Position numbers and translations under genes: made by a program. A stretch of 64,000 nt of DNA from Euprymna scolopes (taxonomy: Eukaryota), in NCBI GenBank assembly GCA_053919585.1, contig JBSSHM010000097.1; one strand, 5' to 3'. This document shows, piece after piece, positions 23,505 through 37,225 of the stretch. Under the pieces are notes generated by a model. It did no database searches, was not told the origin of the DNA, and worked only from the letters and a program-made list of their open reading frames with translations. Each line of letters opens with the position of its first letter. The first letter of the stretch is position 1.

Positions 23505-25631
23505 TTAAGGTTTTGTGGGTTGTTGTGTGAGCGTTGATGGATTAGCAAGTTCTTTTTCAATTTGTTGTGCACGGCTATCGATGTTTTTCGCTAAAGTTAG
23601 AATATTATCTTTATCGGATACTTTGGGGTTAAGCTCAATTCCCTTTCTCAATTGGTATGCCGCTTGCTTCAGGGCGTTAGCTTGTGCTTGTCCACGTAAT
23701 ACAAGTGATTTGCGATAGAGTGTGATGCCTAGATTTCTTCTTGTTCTAGGATTATCTGGGCGTATTTTTACAAAATGGGTAAAGTTTTCTTCTGCTTTAT
23801 CTAGCATTTGTTTGTATTTGTTGTAATCTTTTGCTTTACGAGCTTGATCAGCAAGTTGCAGGTAAATGTAGCCTAAGTTTTGTAAGGTATTATTACGGTG
23901 TGGGTAGCTTTTTTTGACAAGCTCTAAGTATTCAGCAGCTTTGGTTGGATTGCCTGTACGTAAATATCCCATTCCGACAAAATTAAGCATGCGATCTCTC
24001 AGTGGCATGGCTTCATGTGATTTTTTGCCCTCTCTTAGCATATTGAGGTATTTTTGTTGATGAGAAGAGATTGTGGCAAGGCGGAAGTGTATTTCTGACT
24101 GATTCCATTGGTAATGTAGAGCAAAAACACCCGTTGTTACGAAAAGGAAAATAAAGCTAAAAATGGTAGCAAAAGGTTTGGCATTGATTTTCACCAGTCG
24201 AGAGTCTTTCCAGCGAGCATATTCATTAGCAATAATAGCCAGATAGACGCAAGTCATTAAAATGGGAGCAGGTTGTTTAAATGGGAAGCTACCAATGGCA
24301 TTAATGCTAATTCCTGTTGCGGCAAGGAGAACCCCTAGGAGTAAGAAACGGTTAGGATTGTCTCGGTTTTTATAAAAATTGGATAGGGCTAGATAGATAG
24401 CAATTGCAAAGATGCTGATCAACAAAATAAAACCAATAAGCCCTAAATCAGAGAAAATTTCTACGTAGTCATTGTGTGCATTAATGTGCTGAATGGATTC
24501 AGACATTTCATGGTCTATGCTGACAGCTGTTTGGTAGTAGGGATAGTAAACCATCCAGTTACCCATTCCCACACCAAGAAATAAATGATCTTTAATCATT
24601 GCTGTGGAATTTGCCCACATGTCCATACGAGTGCCACGTTCATGTGTATAGAGATTCAATTCATTAGAAAATACTTTTTCTCCTTCATTAAAATGTTGCA
24701 AAAATATATCAAGCCCAACAAATCCTTCTGAGGTAAACATGCCTAAGAAAATAAACAAGCAGAAAGCAACGCCTGCAGCTTGCCATTTGTCTTTGTTCAT
24801 GGGTCCTTTTTGTTTATGAATGATTCGGTCAGCAAGAATAAAAATTGCCATAAATAAGAAAATGCCCAATGTGGCAAGATTGGCACCACGAGTAATGGTA
24901 TAGTGAACAAACGTTATAACCAAGGCTGTTCCAATTGCATAAAGCCAAACTTCCATTCGATTGCGAGCTGTCCAAAATAAGCCCAACCCTAAACCTATAC
25001 TCATCAGGGTGTATTGAGCTGCCATATTTTTATTGTTAAAGGTAGCAGAAGGTTTGGCATGTTGTTGTACCCACTGTACATCAAAGAGAAATTGAAAGAT
25101 TCCAAGTACTGCCATACATACGCCTGTGATAAAAATAGCATTGACCAGTATTCTGATTTGCTCAGGTTTGCGAATGGTATTTAGAACAAGTAAGAACATT
25201 AAGGAACCAGCTCCCCAGTCTAGTAGGGAAATCATGCTCTCAAATCTATTGTATGCCCAGATAAGAGATAAAAATGCCCATAAATAAAAGGCAATAACTG
25301 CATACATTAAGGGTGAAGGTAACCAAGCTATATTTTTTGCTCGTATGTGTTGAAAAAAGAAACAGGTGATGAGGAAGGTTGTACCAAACTGGATAATCCA
25401 TGCCATATGAAGGTCAGGTGAGTAGCCATATTTTGTCCACAACGGTGCAATGGTGACGGGTAAGAAAAGTAGAATGGCAATGGCATAGATAAACCATTTT
25501 CCTAAAGCGGGTTGCTGGTTTAAATAATGGAAAGATTCGGTAGTTTTTTCTGAATGATTAGTTGCGTGTGAATCTGCTTGATGATGTGTGATTTCTGAGT
25601 GGGTGGTTTTCCGTTTATGCTTTTTTTTCAT
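23505..25631 (-). CDS. O-antigen ligase-like (Wzy_C) membrane protein with C-terminal TPR region
   Basis: F.NKN, TRG, R..MW, GVG.GN, HAHND-like (NAHNDY), followed by helical TPR-like repeats. Confidence 0.8.
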   Translation of the reverse strand: MKKKHKRKTTHSEITHHQADSHATNHSEKTTESFHYLNQQPALGKWFIYAIAILLFLPVTIAPLWTKYGYSPDLHMAWIIQFGTTFLITCFFFQHIRAKNIAWLPSPLMYAVIAFYLWAFLSLIWAYNRFESMISLLDWGAGSLMFLLVLNTIRKPEQIRILVNAIFITGVCMAVLGIFQFLFDVQWVQQHAKPSATFNNKNMAAQYTLMSIGLGLGLFWTARNRMEVWLYAIGTALVITFVHYTITRGANLATLGIFLFMAIFILADRIIHKQKGPMNKDKWQAAGVAFCLFIFLGMFTSEGFVGLDIFLQHFNEGEKVFSNELNLYTHERGTRMDMWANSTAMIKDHLFLGVGMGNWMVYYPYYQTAVSIDHEMSESIQHINAHNDYVEIFSDLGLIGFILLISIFAIAIYLALSNFYKNRDNPNRFLLLGVLLAATGISINAIGSFPFKQPAPILMTCVYLAIIANEYARWKDSRLVKINAKPFATIFSFIFLFVTTGVFALHYQWNQSEIHFRLATISSHQQKYLNMLREGKKSHEAMPLRDRMLNFVGMGYLRTGNPTKAAEYLELVKKSYPHRNNTLQNLGYIYLQLADQARKAKDYNKYKQMLDKAEENFTHFVKIRPDNPRTRRNLGITLYRKSLVLRGQAQANALKQAAYQLRKGIELNPKVSDKDNILTLAKNIDSRAQQIEKELANPSTLTQQPTKP

Positions 25632-25710
25632 GAACTAAAAGTATTTCTTTGCGAATTGATAAGTGTTTGATATCTATATAGCTAGTGCATGCTATATTTT
25701 TTGAATAAAA

Positions 25711-25798
25711 TGGCGGGGGAGGAGGGATTCGAACCCCCGGACCCTTTCGAGTCAACGGTTTTCAAGACCGCCGCATTCGACCACTCTGCCACTCCCCC
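25711..25798 (-). tRNA. tRNA-Ser (anticodon TGA)
   Basis: GGGGGAG acceptor stem pairing with CTCCCCC-G-CCA; anticodon arm GCGGT-CTTGAAA-ACCGT; long variable arm; GGTTCGAATCC T-loop. Confidence 0.97.
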
Positions 25799-25809
25799 AT
25801 TTAAGGTCA

Positions 25810-26775
25810 TCACAATTGGACGTGATTGTCTTTTCCATATCCCATTAGCTTTTCTTGTCGTTTGTTTAGCAACTCTTCAATGTTCAGTTGCTTGAGTTTA
25901 ACAAGCTCATTAGATAGGTGTTTTTTTATATTTATATACATTTCTTGGAGATTTCTATGAGCTCCACCAAGAGGCTCTTGTATGACATCATCAATGATGC
26001 CATGATCTTTTAATTTTGGTGCAGTTAATGCTAAAGCCTGTGCCGCACTGCTAGCTTTTTCTGCACTTTTCCAAAGTATTGAGGCACATCCTTCAGGTGA
26101 GATGACTGAATAGATGCTGTATTGTAACATTAAAATTCTATCACCAACTCCAATGGCTAATGCTCCTCCTGAACCCCCTTCACCAATTACTGTACAAATA
26201 ATCGGTGTTTGCAAATCGGAACATTCAAGCAAATTTTTTGCAATGGCCTCACTTTGATTATGTTCTTCGGCATCAATCCCTGGATAAGCTCCTGGTGTAT
26301 CAATAAACGTGAGAATTGGAATTCTAAAACGCTCGCCAAGTTTCATGACTCGCAATGCTTTACGATAACCTTCTGGTTTAGGCATGCCAAAGTTGTGAGT
26401 AATTTTATCTTTAGTTACTCGTCCTTTTTGATGTCCAATAATGATTACAGGTTGATTATTTAGACGTGCCATTCCTGTAATGATTGAGCGATCATCTGTA
26501 TAATGGCGATCCCCATGCAACTCAATAAAATCGGTAAAAACATTTTGAATATAGTCGAGTGTTTGTGGTCTTCTTGGATGTCTAGCCATGCTCACAATTT
26601 GCCAATCTGTTAATGAAGAGCAAATCGATTTGGTTAAATCAATATTTTTCTTTTCTAAACGTTGTATTTCTTCTTGAATGTTGACACTTGAATCATCGCC
26701 AACACGCCTAAGCTCAGAAATTTTTTCCTCAAGCTCAGCAATAGGTTGTTCAAAATCTAAGTAGTCTAAGTTCAT
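25810..26775 (-). CDS. accA: acetyl-CoA carboxylase carboxyltransferase alpha subunit
   Basis: [43 protein letters not shown]. Confidence 0.97.
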   Translation of the reverse strand: MNLDYLDFEQPIAELEEKISELRRVGDDSSVNIQEEIQRLEKKNIDLTKSICSSLTDWQIVSMARHPRRPQTLDYIQNVFTDFIELHGDRHYTDDRSIITGMARLNNQPVIIIGHQKGRVTKDKITHNFGMPKPEGYRKALRVMKLGERFRIPILTFIDTPGAYPGIDAEEHNQSEAIAKNLLECSDLQTPIICTVIGEGGSGGALAIGVGDRILMLQYSIYSVISPEGCASILWKSAEKASSAAQALALTAPKLKDHGIIDDVIQEPLGGAHRNLQEMYINIKKHLSNELVKLKQLNIEELLNKRQEKLMGYGKDNHVQL

Positions 26776-27089
26776 AGGTAACAGGTGTTAAAAACTCATT
26801 TTTAATATACTAATTGTACAGGATTTTGAGGGGATAAAATTTTATTTTATTGCTCCTTTGGTATTATTTTGGAGGTGTTAAGATGGTTGTAAAATAAGCT
26901 GTTAGAGAGGAGTTTGTATAAGATAAATTCCCTCATGATAAGATAGGGGTAGTATAAAAATGATGGGTGGATGCATAAGGGAGAGTTACATAGTGGTACA
27001 GGTTATTGATGTAGAGTGGCATTTATGTAGTAGAGTTATGTCGGTTAAAATTCAAGATAGATAGTGTGGAAAAGTTACCATCATCATAA

Positions 27090-28637
27090 TTGTATCAAGC
27101 AGATTTATCAACTAGAGTGAGTTTAATTAATCAAGTCAAAAATATAAGAGAGGGTGGAAAAAAAATCAAAATTCTCTTTTTTATATTGCTGAGTGTATTG
27201 GTATTCGATAGTTATTCGGATATACCCAGAGGATCTATTCTCACTTTGCCACAAGCTAGTAAGAGTATTCATTCGTTGCAAAACAAATCAAGATTGCCTG
27301 ATTTTCAAAATCCTTTAAATATAATTAGTGAACAAGAGAAGCAGGCAGGTCGATTGTTTTTTATTTCAATACAGCGATTTTCTAATCTTAATAAGGATTC
27401 TGTTATACAGCAATACATTTATGATTTGGGTAATTTGCTAGTAAATTATGCTAATATCATTAATCCCCATTATATGTTCTTTGTTATTGATGAACCATCA
27501 ATAAATGCTTTTGCAGGACCGGCTGGTTATATTGGCGTACATTCAGGGCTCTTGTTGAGTGCTTCATCAGAAGGTGAAGTGGCTAGTGTTTTGGCACATG
27601 AAATTGCCCATACTAAGCAGAAACATCTGCATCGTTTAATTGAAAACCAACCGGGTTATGCAAGCCCATTGGTGGTTTTTGGTTTGTTGTTGGCTGGTAT
27701 TGTTACCAATTCACCTTATGTTATTCCCGGTATGTTTGTTCTGCAAGCTAAACAGATTGAAGAAAGTCTTAAGTATCTTCGTCAATTTGAGGATGAAGCT
27801 GATTCAAGCGGTTTGCAAATTTTACAAAGTGCTGGTTTTTCAGGACAATATGCCGTAGCTTTTATGGAGCGTTTATCAAAAAAAGACTTCAGTTTAGATA
27901 GTAGTGAATATTTGCGCACCCATCCCATTACACGTAAAAGAATTGCAAATTTACGCAATCGAGTATCGGATAAAACTTTATATGCTCCAACATCAGAATT
28001 TGATTTAATACAGGCTAGATTATCGTATTTAACTAAATTACCAACTGAGGCTTCTTTTAGTGATTATCAACAACAGTATGTTGATTTCTTATCCTTATTG
28101 GAACAAAGTGCTAATGTAAAGGCAATGGCTCTTTGGCAAAAACTTTCAGAACAAACTAAGGAGAATTCCTTGTTGTTTAATTTGGTGTATATGAGATTGT
28201 TGCTGAATACTAACCAGATCAGTCAGGCAAATCAGCAGATGAATAAATTGCGTCGTTTTTATCCTAATCATCTTGAGGTGTTAAAGTTACAAACGCAACT
28301 TTATATAAAGGAGAAAAAATCTAATCAAGCTGAAAACAATTTGTTAACGTACACAAATGAAAAAATTTACAATTTATATCAGGCTCAATTATGGAAGTTT
28401 TTAGAAGAATTATATTTTGTAGAGGAGAAAAAGGTTGAATTGTTTTATGCTAAAGCACAACACCAATATAATTTGGGCTTTTTAAGAAAAGCTTTGGAGT
28501 ATTTAGATAATGCGATTAAGTCTGCTCAATTGGAAAATAGAAAGCCCAGTGAGATAACTAAATTAATATCAACGTATAGGTACTGGCATAAACAACTTTA
28601 TATTAATTCAAGCACAGGTATTCCTTCTCCTCATTAA
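27090..28637 (+). CDS. M48 metalloprotease BepA/YfgC-like (start uncertain)
   Basis: INAFA.P.G, HEIAH zinc motif, E.EAD, YLRTHP, TPR-like C-terminus. Confidence 0.87.
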   Translation: MYQADLSTRVSLINQVKNIREGGKKIKILFFILLSVLVFDSYSDIPRGSILTLPQASKSIHSLQNKSRLPDFQNPLNIISEQEKQAGRLFFISIQRFSNLNKDSVIQQYIYDLGNLLVNYANIINPHYMFFVIDEPSINAFAGPAGYIGVHSGLLLSASSEGEVASVLAHEIAHTKQKHLHRLIENQPGYASPLVVFGLLLAGIVTNSPYVIPGMFVLQAKQIEESLKYLRQFEDEADSSGLQILQSAGFSGQYAVAFMERLSKKDFSLDSSEYLRTHPITRKRIANLRNRVSDKTLYAPTSEFDLIQARLSYLTKLPTEASFSDYQQQYVDFLSLLEQSANVKAMALWQKLSEQTKENSLLFNLVYMRLLLNTNQISQANQQMNKLRRFYPNHLEVLKLQTQLYIKEKKSNQAENNLLTYTNEKIYNLYQAQLWKFLEELYFVEEKKVELFYAKAQHQYNLGFLRKALEYLDNAIKSAQLENRKPSEITKLISTYRYWHKQLYINSSTGIPSPH

Positions 28638-28707
28638 TATAATTGGATAGGCTTTTTCAGGATTACACTTTTAGTAAGTGAAGAGTATTTGGATAGTAGA
28701 GGTGTTT

Positions 28708-29802
28708 CTAGTGATGAGGGTTTAGCTTTGAGATAAGCTTGCTTTTTCTGATAAATTTGGCAATAATCCAAGCTCTTCTCATTACGTAGTAGTACAGCCC
28801 GAATAGGGTAATAAAACTATAGAAGAGTATAGGTTCTGGAACACGATAGTAGTGAGTGAGAATGCCTATGATGATGAAACATAGATGGAGAAAGCTGATA
28901 AAACATAGAGAAGCTATATCATTTAACCCACAGCGCTGGAGAAAATGATGTAAGTGATCACGGTCAGCAGTAAAAGGGGATTTCCCGTTGCTGAGCCTAC
29001 GGATTGCAATGGCTGTCATATCCATTAGAGGGATGGAAAAAAGCCAGACGGCAGTAATGGGTCTAAATCCCTCTTGCATAGTGGTATCGGAGTTCTCAGA
29101 TCCGTATTTAATTAGCAACCATACAGAAATAAATCCTAAACACATGCTCCCTGTATCGCCAAGAAAAACTTTTTTTGATTTACCAAATAAAGAAATATTA
29201 GTAGCAAGAATTGGTAATATTGCTGCACATAAGATAATAATGGGGAAGTTATCTAGATGAGTGAAGTCTATAAAGAAAAGTAATGAAAGAAGCGTGATAA
29301 GAGAAAGTGCACTAGCAAGTCCATCAATTCCATCCATCATGTTCATGGCATTAATTCCTGATATGACAGCAATAATAGTAATAGGTAGAGCCCAGTCGTT
29401 TGTAGAAATATTGCCGATACCAATAATGTCTCCTACTGAGAAAATTCCATTATCAGCTGTAGAAAACATAATGACGGCAATAAAACATTGAACGGCAAGG
29501 CGAAAGCCAGATGAAATGTTATTAAGGTCATCTAAAATGCCTACGACGGTAAGAATGAATAGGCATAGTAAGAGCGGTGTGTAGTCAATTTGCTCAACTC
29601 TATATAAAATTTGCAGTGCAAGTAGCATGATAGCAAATGATGTGATAATGCAAATTCCACCAATTAATGGTGTTGGAGTAGCATGCATTTTTCTTTTCCC
29701 ATCAGGAATGTCTAATAGATGAAGTTTTTTTGCAGGAGAGAAAAGCAGATTCATCAGTAACCAGCTAAAGATAAAAGAAAAGAGGCTTAAAAGAAAAATC
29801 AT
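28708..29802 (-). CDS. wecA: undecaprenyl-phosphate GlcNAc-1-phosphate transferase WecA
   Basis: D.P..RK.H...TPL.GG, GILDD, NA.NM.DGIDGL, FLGD.GS, DRDHLHH. Confidence 0.9.
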   Translation of the reverse strand: MIFLLSLFSFIFSWLLMNLLFSPAKKLHLLDIPDGKRKMHATPTPLIGGICIITSFAIMLLALQILYRVEQIDYTPLLLCLFILTVVGILDDLNNISSGFRLAVQCFIAVIMFSTADNGIFSVGDIIGIGNISTNDWALPITIIAVISGINAMNMMDGIDGLASALSLITLLSLLFFIDFTHLDNFPIIILCAAILPILATNISLFGKSKKVFLGDTGSMCLGFISVWLLIKYGSENSDTTMQEGFRPITAVWLFSIPLMDMTAIAIRRLSNGKSPFTADRDHLHHFLQRCGLNDIASLCFISFLHLCFIIIGILTHYYRVPEPILFYSFITLFGLYYYVMRRAWIIAKFIRKSKLISKLNPHH

Positions 29803-30209
29803 GGGTTAAGTAGTTAGATGAATGAGGGGTAGAGTTGAGTGAGTATTGATAGATTGATACGGACAAATAGTGGATTTAGAAGTGTTTTTATTGCCTTTTT
29901 GTAACAAAATCATTTACAGTGTATTATGTTTGTTGATATATAGGGTAAGTAAAAATTTTCTTATGCTGCCATGGTGCTTGTTTATATATTGCTTCGCTAG
30001 GTATTTTGTAGGCGTCCAATACATATAATTATAATTATCCATTTTTTGATTTAAAAAATGGAATAATTAAAGTATTTAGGATAAGAGCTTACAGAGAGTT
30101 TTATCTGCAAGGCAGTCCATTATTAATATCATCTAATGAATTGATTTTACGCAAGATACGTACAAATCTTTATTTTTTATGATATTTTTTTTGTTATAAT
30201 TAATGAGGT

Positions 30210-30503
30210 TTGTTTGATTTTCCAATTATTTCAAAAGAGATGGGCATGTCAGCTTCAAGAAGGAAAACGGCTTCCGTATCAGCAAGTAATAAAAATTCTT
30301 TTTTATTGGCTGGAATGGGTAATTCATTTGTAGCAATAGTTTTAGCCGGCTTCATCGTTGGTTATCTTTTTGATAGTTTGTTTGATAGCAAGCCTATTTT
30401 TATAATTGGTTGCGGAATTATGGGGTTTGTTGGTGGTTTATTGAAACTGCATAAAATGCTAGGCGTGGAAGATTCTTCAAACTCAGAAGATAAGTTGAAA
30501 TGA
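30210..30503 (+). CDS. AtpZ/AtpI-family small membrane protein
   Basis: GY..D..F...P..II pattern, two TM segments; first gene of atp operon. Confidence 0.75.
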   Translation: MFDFPIISKEMGMSASRRKTASVSASNKNSFLLAGMGNSFVAIVLAGFIVGYLFDSLFDSKPIFIIGCGIMGFVGGLLKLHKMLGVEDSSNSEDKLK

Positions 30504-30544
30504 ATTTTTCACAATTACAATTATTTAGGTCTTAATTTTTCCTA

Positions 30545-30925
30545 ATGAAGGGAGTAGTTACACAACAACAGTTGAAAGTTTTACCTGTTCAGCTTTGTGG
30601 GGCATTGCTTGGCGTGGGGTGTTATTTGCTCTACGATGATACGGCATTGTTGCCTTTAGGTTATGGTTTGCTGATGGGATTGTGTTATTCTGTTATGCTG
30701 TACGTAGGGGTTTCTTTTGCAAATCGTTTAAGTGAAGATTCTCCCGAGTTTGGGGTAGGTGCACTAATGGGATCAGCTTTGGTTCGTTTTGTGATAATTG
30801 GATTGTTGATGGCATTTGGCTTTAAGAGTTTTCCAAATACACCTGTGGCAGTGATGTTACCTTTTGTTATGGTGCTTTTATCACCGATGGTTTTGGTGCC
30901 ATTTAAAAAAAGATTAACAGATTGA
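30545..30925 (+). CDS. atpI: ATP synthase protein I
   Basis: Four TM segments; directly upstream of atpB. Confidence 0.7.
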   Translation: MKGVVTQQQLKVLPVQLCGALLGVGCYLLYDDTALLPLGYGLLMGLCYSVMLYVGVSFANRLSEDSPEFGVGALMGSALVRFVIIGLLMAFGFKSFPNTPVAVMLPFVMVLLSPMVLVPFKKRLTD

Positions 30926-30965
30926 AATTGAATTAAAAAATAACAGAATTAGTTTAACCACTTAA

Positions 30966-31832
<867 letters not shown>

Positions 31833-31900
31833 GCTATTTATGTAAGCAATAACTGACTTATATTTTTTAATTTTATTTATTTTTAACGGAGATAGAAACT

Positions 31901-32143
31901 ATGGATATCGTTGCATATACAGTAATCGCAGTAGGAATGATGCTAGCGGCATCGGCATTGGGTTCAGCCATCGGCTGGGGCATTATTTGTGCCAAAACCT
32001 TGGAAGGTATTGCTAGACAGCCTGAAATGCGTCCGCAGTTAATGACAAGTACATTTATTTTTGGTGGCTTAATGGAAGCGTTTCCATTTATCGTTCTAGC
32101 ATTGGCACTATTATTTACTTTTGCTAACCCATTCCTTGGCTAA
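31901..32143 (+). CDS. atpE: F0F1 ATP synthase subunit c
   Basis: Helical hairpin with ARQPE loop and conserved Glu (LMEAF). Confidence 0.97.
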   Translation: MDIVAYTVIAVGMMLAASALGSAIGWGIICAKTLEGIARQPEMRPQLMTSTFIFGGLMEAFPFIVLALALLFTFANPFLG

Positions 32144-32222
32144 AATGCTCTATATCGTAATGGTAAGGCATAAGAATGCTATTTTTTATTTTAAAAATAT
32201 AATTTTGGAAAGAGGTTCGTAG

Positions 32223-32693
32223 GTGAATATTACAATTACACTTTTGTTCCAGGTCATAGCCTTTCTTATTTTGATTTGGCTAGTCAAACGCTATTTGTGG
32301 GGACCATTGAGTGCGGCTTTGGAAGAGCGTCAGAAGAAAATTGAAGATGGTTTGGAAGCTGCTGAGAAAGGCAAAGCTGATTTTGAATTGGCAGAGCAAC
32401 GCGCAAATGAGGTTGTTGCTGAAGCAAAAAAAGAAGCTCAAGACATTCTTTCACAGGCAAATAAACGTAGTCGAGAAATTGAAGAGGAGGCTGTTGCTCA
32501 TGCTAAAGAAGTTGGGCAAAAACAGATTGATGCAGCGAAGAACGAGATTGCTCAAGAAGTCAACAATGCTCGTAATGAATTGCGTAAGGAAATTGGTGGT
32601 TTGGTGATGACAGGAGTGCGCCAAGTGATTGATAAAGAAGTTGACGCAAAAACTCATTCTGCAATTATTGATGGTATAACTAAGCAGATATAG
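32223..32693 (+). CDS. atpF: F0F1 ATP synthase subunit b
   Basis: N-terminal TM, W.P....ERQ..I.DGL, coiled coil. Confidence 0.96.
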   Translation: MNITITLLFQVIAFLILIWLVKRYLWGPLSAALEERQKKIEDGLEAAEKGKADFELAEQRANEVVAEAKKEAQDILSQANKRSREIEEEAVAHAKEVGQKQIDAAKNEIAQEVNNARNELRKEIGGLVMTGVRQVIDKEVDAKTHSAIIDGITKQI

Positions 32694-32715
32694 ATAAATA
32701 AGTAGGTATTACAAT

Positions 32716-33252
32716 ATGAATCTTGATGGAATTGCACGTCCTTACTCTAAAGCTGTTTTTGATCTAGCAAAGGAGCAGAATGCTTTGACACATTGGATGG
32801 AGAGTGTAGAAATGCTTGTGAGTGTGGTAGAAGATAAGGATTTTCAATCTTTTATTAATTCACCGAGTACTGCTAAGGATAAAATTGTGGAAGTGATTAT
32901 GGGGATTTTTTCAGAAAAATCTCCAAAGTTATTTCAATCTTTTGTTGAGGTTTTGATTGAAAACAATCGTTTAATGGTCGTGCCGGCTCTATATTCACAG
33001 CTGGTTAAAGCAGCTTCTTTAGAGGATAAGGTGCGTCAAGCTGAGATTCGTGTTGCTTGTGATATAAGTGACGTGCAGATTAAGGAGTTATCTGAGGCTT
33101 TGGAAAAACGTTATGATTGCAAAATTGAGCTCAATGTTTTGAAGGATTCAAATATTTTAGGCGGTGCAATTATTGTTATGGATGATAGTACGGTTTTTGA
33201 CGGATCACTTTCTACACGATTGGAAACATTGGAATATCTGCTTTCAAGTTAA
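32716..33252 (+). CDS. atpH: F0F1 ATP synthase subunit delta
   Basis: ARPY.KA.F, EN.RL, LGG, DGS. Confidence 0.95.
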   Translation: MNLDGIARPYSKAVFDLAKEQNALTHWMESVEMLVSVVEDKDFQSFINSPSTAKDKIVEVIMGIFSEKSPKLFQSFVEVLIENNRLMVVPALYSQLVKAASLEDKVRQAEIRVACDISDVQIKELSEALEKRYDCKIELNVLKDSNILGGAIIVMDDSTVFDGSLSTRLETLEYLLSS

Positions 33253-33322
33253 TCAATATTTAGACTTATTTTTTATCAAATTTAATAATCGAATTTAATA
33301 TAATAACGACGAGGTAAAATAC

Positions 33323-34861
33323 ATGCAACTAAGCTCGGCTGAAATTTCTGGACTGATTAAAAAAAGAATCTCAGGTGTTGATGATAGTGTGTCAGCAAGT
33401 AATCAAGGCACAATCATAAACGTATCTGATGGTATTGCGACCGTTCATGGTCTGTTTGGAGTAATGTATGGTGAGATGGTACAGTTTGACCAAAAAACCT
33501 TTGGTATGGCACTTAACTTAGAGGAAGACTGTGTTGGTGTGGTTGTGCTAGGGGCTTATGAGCATTTGGTTGAAGGTGGTTCTGTCGAGTGTACGGGGCG
33601 TATTCTTGAAGTTCCGGTTGGTGAACATCTTTTAGGTCGTGTTGTTGACGCACTAGGGCGTCCAATTGATGGTAAAGGCGATATAGATAATAGCCTAACC
33701 TCTCCAATCGAACGTATTGCTCCGGGTGTAATTGCTCGTGAGAGTGTTTCACAAGCCTTGCAGACGGGATTGAAATCAGTAGATTCAATGATTCCTGTAG
33801 GTCGTGGTCAACGGGAGTTGATTATTGGTGATCGCCAAACAGGAAAGACAGCGATTGCCATTGATACCATTATTAACCAAAAAAATACAGGTGTAAGATG
33901 TATTTATGTGGCAATTGGTCAGAAAGCTTCATCAGTTCGTGCATTGGTTACAAAATTAGAAGAAGCTGGAGCAATGGAAAATACCATTGTGGTCGCAGCC
34001 AATTCAAGTGACGCTTCATCGCTACAATTCTTAGCCCCCTATGCAGGTTGTTCCATGGGCGAATATTTCCGTGATCGTGGTGAAGATGCATTAATTATTT
34101 ATGATGACTTAACTAAGCAAGCTTGGGCCTATCGTCAAATTTCTTTATTGCTTCGTCGTCCTCCTGGTCGTGAGGCGTATCCGGGTGATGTATTTTATTT
34201 GCATTCACGTTTATTAGAGCGTGCTGCACGAGTGAATGCTCAATATGTAGAAGACTTTACTAATGGTGAAGTAAAAGGGAAGACTGGTTCGCTTACGGCA
34301 CTGCCGATTATTGAAACGCAAGCTGGAGACGTATCAGCTTTTGTACCAACTAATGTGATTTCCATTACAGATGGACAAATTTTCTTAGAAACGAGTTTCT
34401 TTGCTCAAGGTATTCGTCCAGCAATTAATGCCGGTCTTTCGGTTTCTCGTGTTGGTGGCGCTGCACAAACTAAGCTAGTGAAAAAACTTGGTGGTGGTGT
34501 GCGTTTGGATTTGGCACAATATCGTGAATTACAAGCATTTGCCCAGTTTGCTTCTGATCTTGATGAGGCTACACGTAAACAACTAGAAAGAGGGCAACGT
34601 GCAACAGAGTTGATGAAACAGGCACAATATTCCCCATTGACTGTGGCAGAATTAGGGATTTCTTTATATGCGTTAAATGAAGGATACTTTGATAATATTG
34701 AAGTTAATAAAGTATTAGAGTTTGAAAAAGAATTGCATCAGGAACTGAATGTATCACATAAAGAGTTTGCACAACAACTCAATGAAACCGGTGATTACAG
34801 TGATGAAATTGCTGAAAAAATGCAAGAGATTGTCAGTGCCTATGCTAAAACAATGAGCTAA
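33323..34861 (+). CDS. atpA: F0F1 ATP synthase subunit alpha
   Basis: [29 protein letters not shown]. Confidence 0.99.
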   Translation: MQLSSAEISGLIKKRISGVDDSVSASNQGTIINVSDGIATVHGLFGVMYGEMVQFDQKTFGMALNLEEDCVGVVVLGAYEHLVEGGSVECTGRILEVPVGEHLLGRVVDALGRPIDGKGDIDNSLTSPIERIAPGVIARESVSQALQTGLKSVDSMIPVGRGQRELIIGDRQTGKTAIAIDTIINQKNTGVRCIYVAIGQKASSVRALVTKLEEAGAMENTIVVAANSSDASSLQFLAPYAGCSMGEYFRDRGEDALIIYDDLTKQAWAYRQISLLLRRPPGREAYPGDVFYLHSRLLERAARVNAQYVEDFTNGEVKGKTGSLTALPIIETQAGDVSAFVPTNVISITDGQIFLETSFFAQGIRPAINAGLSVSRVGGAAQTKLVKKLGGGVRLDLAQYRELQAFAQFASDLDEATRKQLERGQRATELMKQAQYSPLTVAELGISLYALNEGYFDNIEVNKVLEFEKELHQELNVSHKEFAQQLNETGDYSDEIAEKMQEIVSAYAKTMS

Positions 34862-34902
34862 TTTTCATAAGTAAAAAGAACTGATTATAAAAATATAATA
34901 TT

Positions 34903-35763
34903 ATGTCTACTGGCAAGGAAATTAGGCAAAAGATAGCAAGTGTAAAAAACACGCAAAAAATCACTAAAGCAATGGAAATGGTTTCGACGTCTAAGATGCG
35001 TCGGACTCAAGATAACATGAAAAAATCTCGTCCTTATGCGAAAATGATTGCGAGAATTATTGGGCACATAAGTTGCTCTCATCCGGAGTACAAGCATCCA
35101 TTCCTTAAAGAACGAGAAGAGGTAAATACAGTTGGTTTAATCATCGTTAGTAGTGATAGAGGGCTTTGTGGAGGGTTGAATGCTAATTTATTTCGTGCGG
35201 TCATTCGTACGATTAAGCAATATCAAGATCAAGGAAAGAAAATTAAACTTTTTTTGATTGGAGGTAAAGGAGTAAGCTTCTTTAATTCAGTTGGTGGTGA
35301 GGTGGTTGCATCATGTAATGGCTTAGGGGATCATCCTCATGTTGATCAAGTTATCGGTGTAATTAGCAGTGCTACCAAATCTTTTATTGATGGAGACGTT
35401 GATGAAGTTGTATTGTGTAGTAATGTTTTTGTTAATACCATGACTCAGGAGCCAACGCTTACTAAATTATTGCCTACTCAGCCCAATGAAACGGCTCAGG
35501 ATGGTCATTGGGATTATATATATGAGCCAGATTCAGAAAAGATTTTGAACCAGCTATTGAATCGGTATATTGAGGATTTAGTATATAAAGCATTAATTGA
35601 AAATATTGCTTGTGAGCAATCAGCACGTATGATTGCCATGAAGAGTGCAACAGATAATGCTGGTAACATGATTGATGAATTAAACTTGGCATACAATAAA
35701 GCACGTCAAGCATCAATTACTCAAGAATTATCAGAAATCATTGGCGGTGCGGCCGCAGTATAA
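34903..35763 (+). CDS. atpG: F0F1 ATP synthase subunit gamma
   Basis: KITKAMEMV, DRGLCGG, ARQA.ITQE. Confidence 0.98.
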   Translation: MSTGKEIRQKIASVKNTQKITKAMEMVSTSKMRRTQDNMKKSRPYAKMIARIIGHISCSHPEYKHPFLKEREEVNTVGLIIVSSDRGLCGGLNANLFRAVIRTIKQYQDQGKKIKLFLIGGKGVSFFNSVGGEVVASCNGLGDHPHVDQVIGVISSATKSFIDGDVDEVVLCSNVFVNTMTQEPTLTKLLPTQPNETAQDGHWDYIYEPDSEKILNQLLNRYIEDLVYKALIENIACEQSARMIAMKSATDNAGNMIDELNLAYNKARQASITQELSEIIGGAAAV

Positions 35764-35806
35764 ATCAAATTATTTAAAAAGCTAAAAATTCTAAAATAGG
35801 AGCTAA

Positions 35807-37213
<1,407 letters not shown>

Positions 37214-37225
37214 AGAACATATAAG

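Noticed and set aside
25689-25895. 68-aa ORF ([10 protein letters not shown]...)
   Set aside because: Antisense translation of tRNA-Ser and the accA 3' end
30032-30069. AT-rich inverted repeat upstream of the atp operon
   Set aside because: Mostly A/T runs in an AT-rich spacer; no function can be supported
31901-32503. Possible Na+-coupled or N-type ATPase, given the extra AtpZ-like gene
   Set aside because: Subunit c has E-A rather than the E-S/T plus Gln Na+ signature, and the gene order is the standard F-type with delta present
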